DNA of 37,056 nucleotides from Reclinomonas americana ATCC 50394 (Eukaryota): NCBI GenBank assembly GCA_048213135.1, contig PS015562.1, positions 22,565 to 59,620 of the forward strand, read 5' to 3'. Shown piece by piece: positions 35,142 to 37,056 of this stretch (position 1 is its first letter; each line of letters starts with the position of its first letter). The notes under the pieces were generated by a model. It saw only the letters and a program-made list of their open reading frames with translations, ran no database searches and was not told where the DNA came from. The position numbers and the translations under genes were made by a program.

Positions 35142-36295
35142 GTAGAGGAGGGAGAAGGGAGGGAGTGGGGAAGGGGGAGTGAGGGAGTGAGGGAGAGTGT
35201 GTGTTCGATGTGCTTGTTTGTGTGTGGTGAGAAAGAGGAGATTGGTGAAGGAGAGAGAGTGTTCGTTCCTTTGGCTGTTTTTGTGTAAGTTTGCCTTCGT
35301 GTTTTGAGAGAAAGAGAGAGAAGAAGAAAGAAAAAGAGAAGAGAAGAGAAGAGAGAGAGAGAGAGAGAGAAACCGACGAGCGGGTGAGTGGTTCTCGGTT
35401 TATCATCTTTGTTAATGTGTTTGAGAGGGAAAGCGAATGATGGTGGTGAGTGCGTATTCCACTGCTCACTGGTGTCAGAGAGTGACGAAGTGCAAGACGA
35501 GAAGGATGGATGTTGTTGTATGTTGTTTGCGTGTTTGCTTAGGGTTGCCTATTTGTGTGGCACATGGCAGAGAAGAGATGAGCAACAGAGGGAAGTTGTC
35601 TTGTGTCCATTTGCTTGTGTTTGTGTGTTTGTGTGTTTATGTGCGTGTGAGAGAGAAAGAGAGAGAGATAGATAGAGAGAGAGAGAGAGAGAGGTCAAAG
35701 AAAGAAAGAAGACGTGGACAGAGTCTAGTTCTCTGTTTGGTTTGTAGTACCCGTTTAGTTTGTGATGCGTGTGTTGCTGTGAATGGTGGTCTCTCTCTCT
35801 CTGTATTTGTGCGTGTATGTAAGCTGTGTGCGAATGTGTCTGTGTCTTTGTTTCTCTGTGTGCTCACTGCTCCTTCGCAGTCGTTGATCCCCGGAGCCGA
35901 TTGTTGTTGCTGCGAAACGAAAGTGCGACACAATGCTGCGTACATGACGAAATACGCCAGCAGTCGCACCTGACGGCTTGCAATTGTGCGCATGCGAGCG
36001 TGTGAGGTCCACACGTGCTGCCGAGGCGCACGCGGTGAGCGAGCCGATGATAATGAATAACAAGGTGGCTCAGCGATTCGATCGAGAAGGAGGATCATTG
36101 GATCAGGAGCAGTGATCGGCCTCGAGAAGAAGATCAACCGCGAGTGACGGGGGCGGGTGAAGGGAGGCTGATCATCTGCGAGCGATGTCGAATGGGGGCA
36201 GAGCGAATACCACCAGCGACTCAGCAGAAAACAGCTGCGATAATGATGCAAAATTACTTGCGTCGACGATACACTTTGCTACCTCAACAATCTGC

Positions 36296-36430
36296 TTACG
36301 TGGTGGTCAATCCGCGGGACTCCACCAGCTTGAGGGCGTGCGATCGCACTTCTCTGTCCATGACCTCGAAGATTTGCTTGCAGCCTTCTTCGGCGAGTTC
36401 CAGCACGGATTCTACGAGGTCCAGGGACAT
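36296..36430 (-). CDS. RRP41: Terminal exon of a probable exosome RNase PH-like subunit RRP41/EXOSC4; the rest of the gene lies beyond the window
   Basis: On the minus strand a pyrimidine tract and cgcag acceptor precede MSLDLVESVLELAEEGCKQIFEVMDREVRSHALKLVESRGLTTT*. This resembles the Rrp41 C-terminal helix (LxxxxxExVxxLAxEGCxxIxxxM). Only 44 aa are visible. Confidence 0.6.
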   Translation of the reverse strand: MSLDLVESVLELAEEGCKQIFEVMDREVRSHALKLVESRGLTTT

Positions 36431-37056
36431 CTGCGCGGAGGGGGAAGGGAGAGGGAGGGGAAACGAGGTAAGGGAAGAGCGAGCAAAGAAATGAGAGAGA
36501 AACCGACAGGGACAGTAAGTGCGATCAGCATAAGAAGGGAACAGCAACAGTAAAGAGTGGAGGTTGTGATAATGAGGTGCTTTAGTGATGCTGCAAGAGT
36601 AGGCACGCGTGGAGAGGGACAGTGAGTGCGATGAATGAATAAGAAACCCAGGGTGAGGTGTTTCAGTGATGCGGTATGATCAACAAAGAGGAAGAACTTC
36701 GAGAGGGTCAGGAGTATAAATTACTAACAGAAGAAAGAGAGATAGTCAACAAAGGAGGTAGTGCTGATGCCAGCGAAGAAGAAAAGAAACGAAAGGAGAG
36801 ACACGGGCGACGAGAGAAACGAAAGACGGCGTTCGGACACAAGAGGGTACAGCAGCAAGAGGGGAAACCGCGCGAGATCGAAAGATGAGAGAGAGAGAGA
36901 GAAGACTGAGGGAGAGAGAGAGAGAGAGAGAGAAGTGTGAGGGAGAGAGAGAAGAGTGAGGGAGGAGAGAGAGAAGTGAGTAAGAGAGAAGAGAGTGAGG
37001 GAGAGAGAGAAGTGAGTGAGAGAGACGAGAGAGTGAGTAAGAGAGAAGAGAGTGAG

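Overview
Eukaryotic (protist-like) draft-genome window, GC-rich in exons and very intron-rich. Introns are mostly ~54-80 nt, plus long ones inflated by micro- and minisatellites; there are 10 N-gaps. Manual GT-AG splicing with phase checks gives four genes. (1) A 5'-truncated SAC3/GANP-family (TREX-2) gene on + (<1120-17650) with RGG, two RRMs, an acidic tract, the SAC3/PCI core, an apparently duplicated winged helix and two inserted Ig-like modules. (2) An NLR-like STAND gene on + (18561-23154, ~1413 aa): ubiquitin-like domain, HEPN (DZIP3-like, intact R-x5-H), NACHT, pentapeptide repeats, 12 highly similar WD40 repeats with hypervariable positions, and a C-terminal CaaX (CTLL). (3) UPF2 on + (23507-35141/35887). 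(4) The last exon of a probable exosome RRP41 on - (36296-36430). The best candidates for new biology are the HEPN-armed, possibly prenylated HET-E-like NLR and a frequent atypical 5' splice-site class H|GTTGCG(T) (8 of ~56 inferred donors, all lacking G at -1). All domain calls come from motif recognition by eye and all splice models are inferred without transcripts; the organism is not identified.
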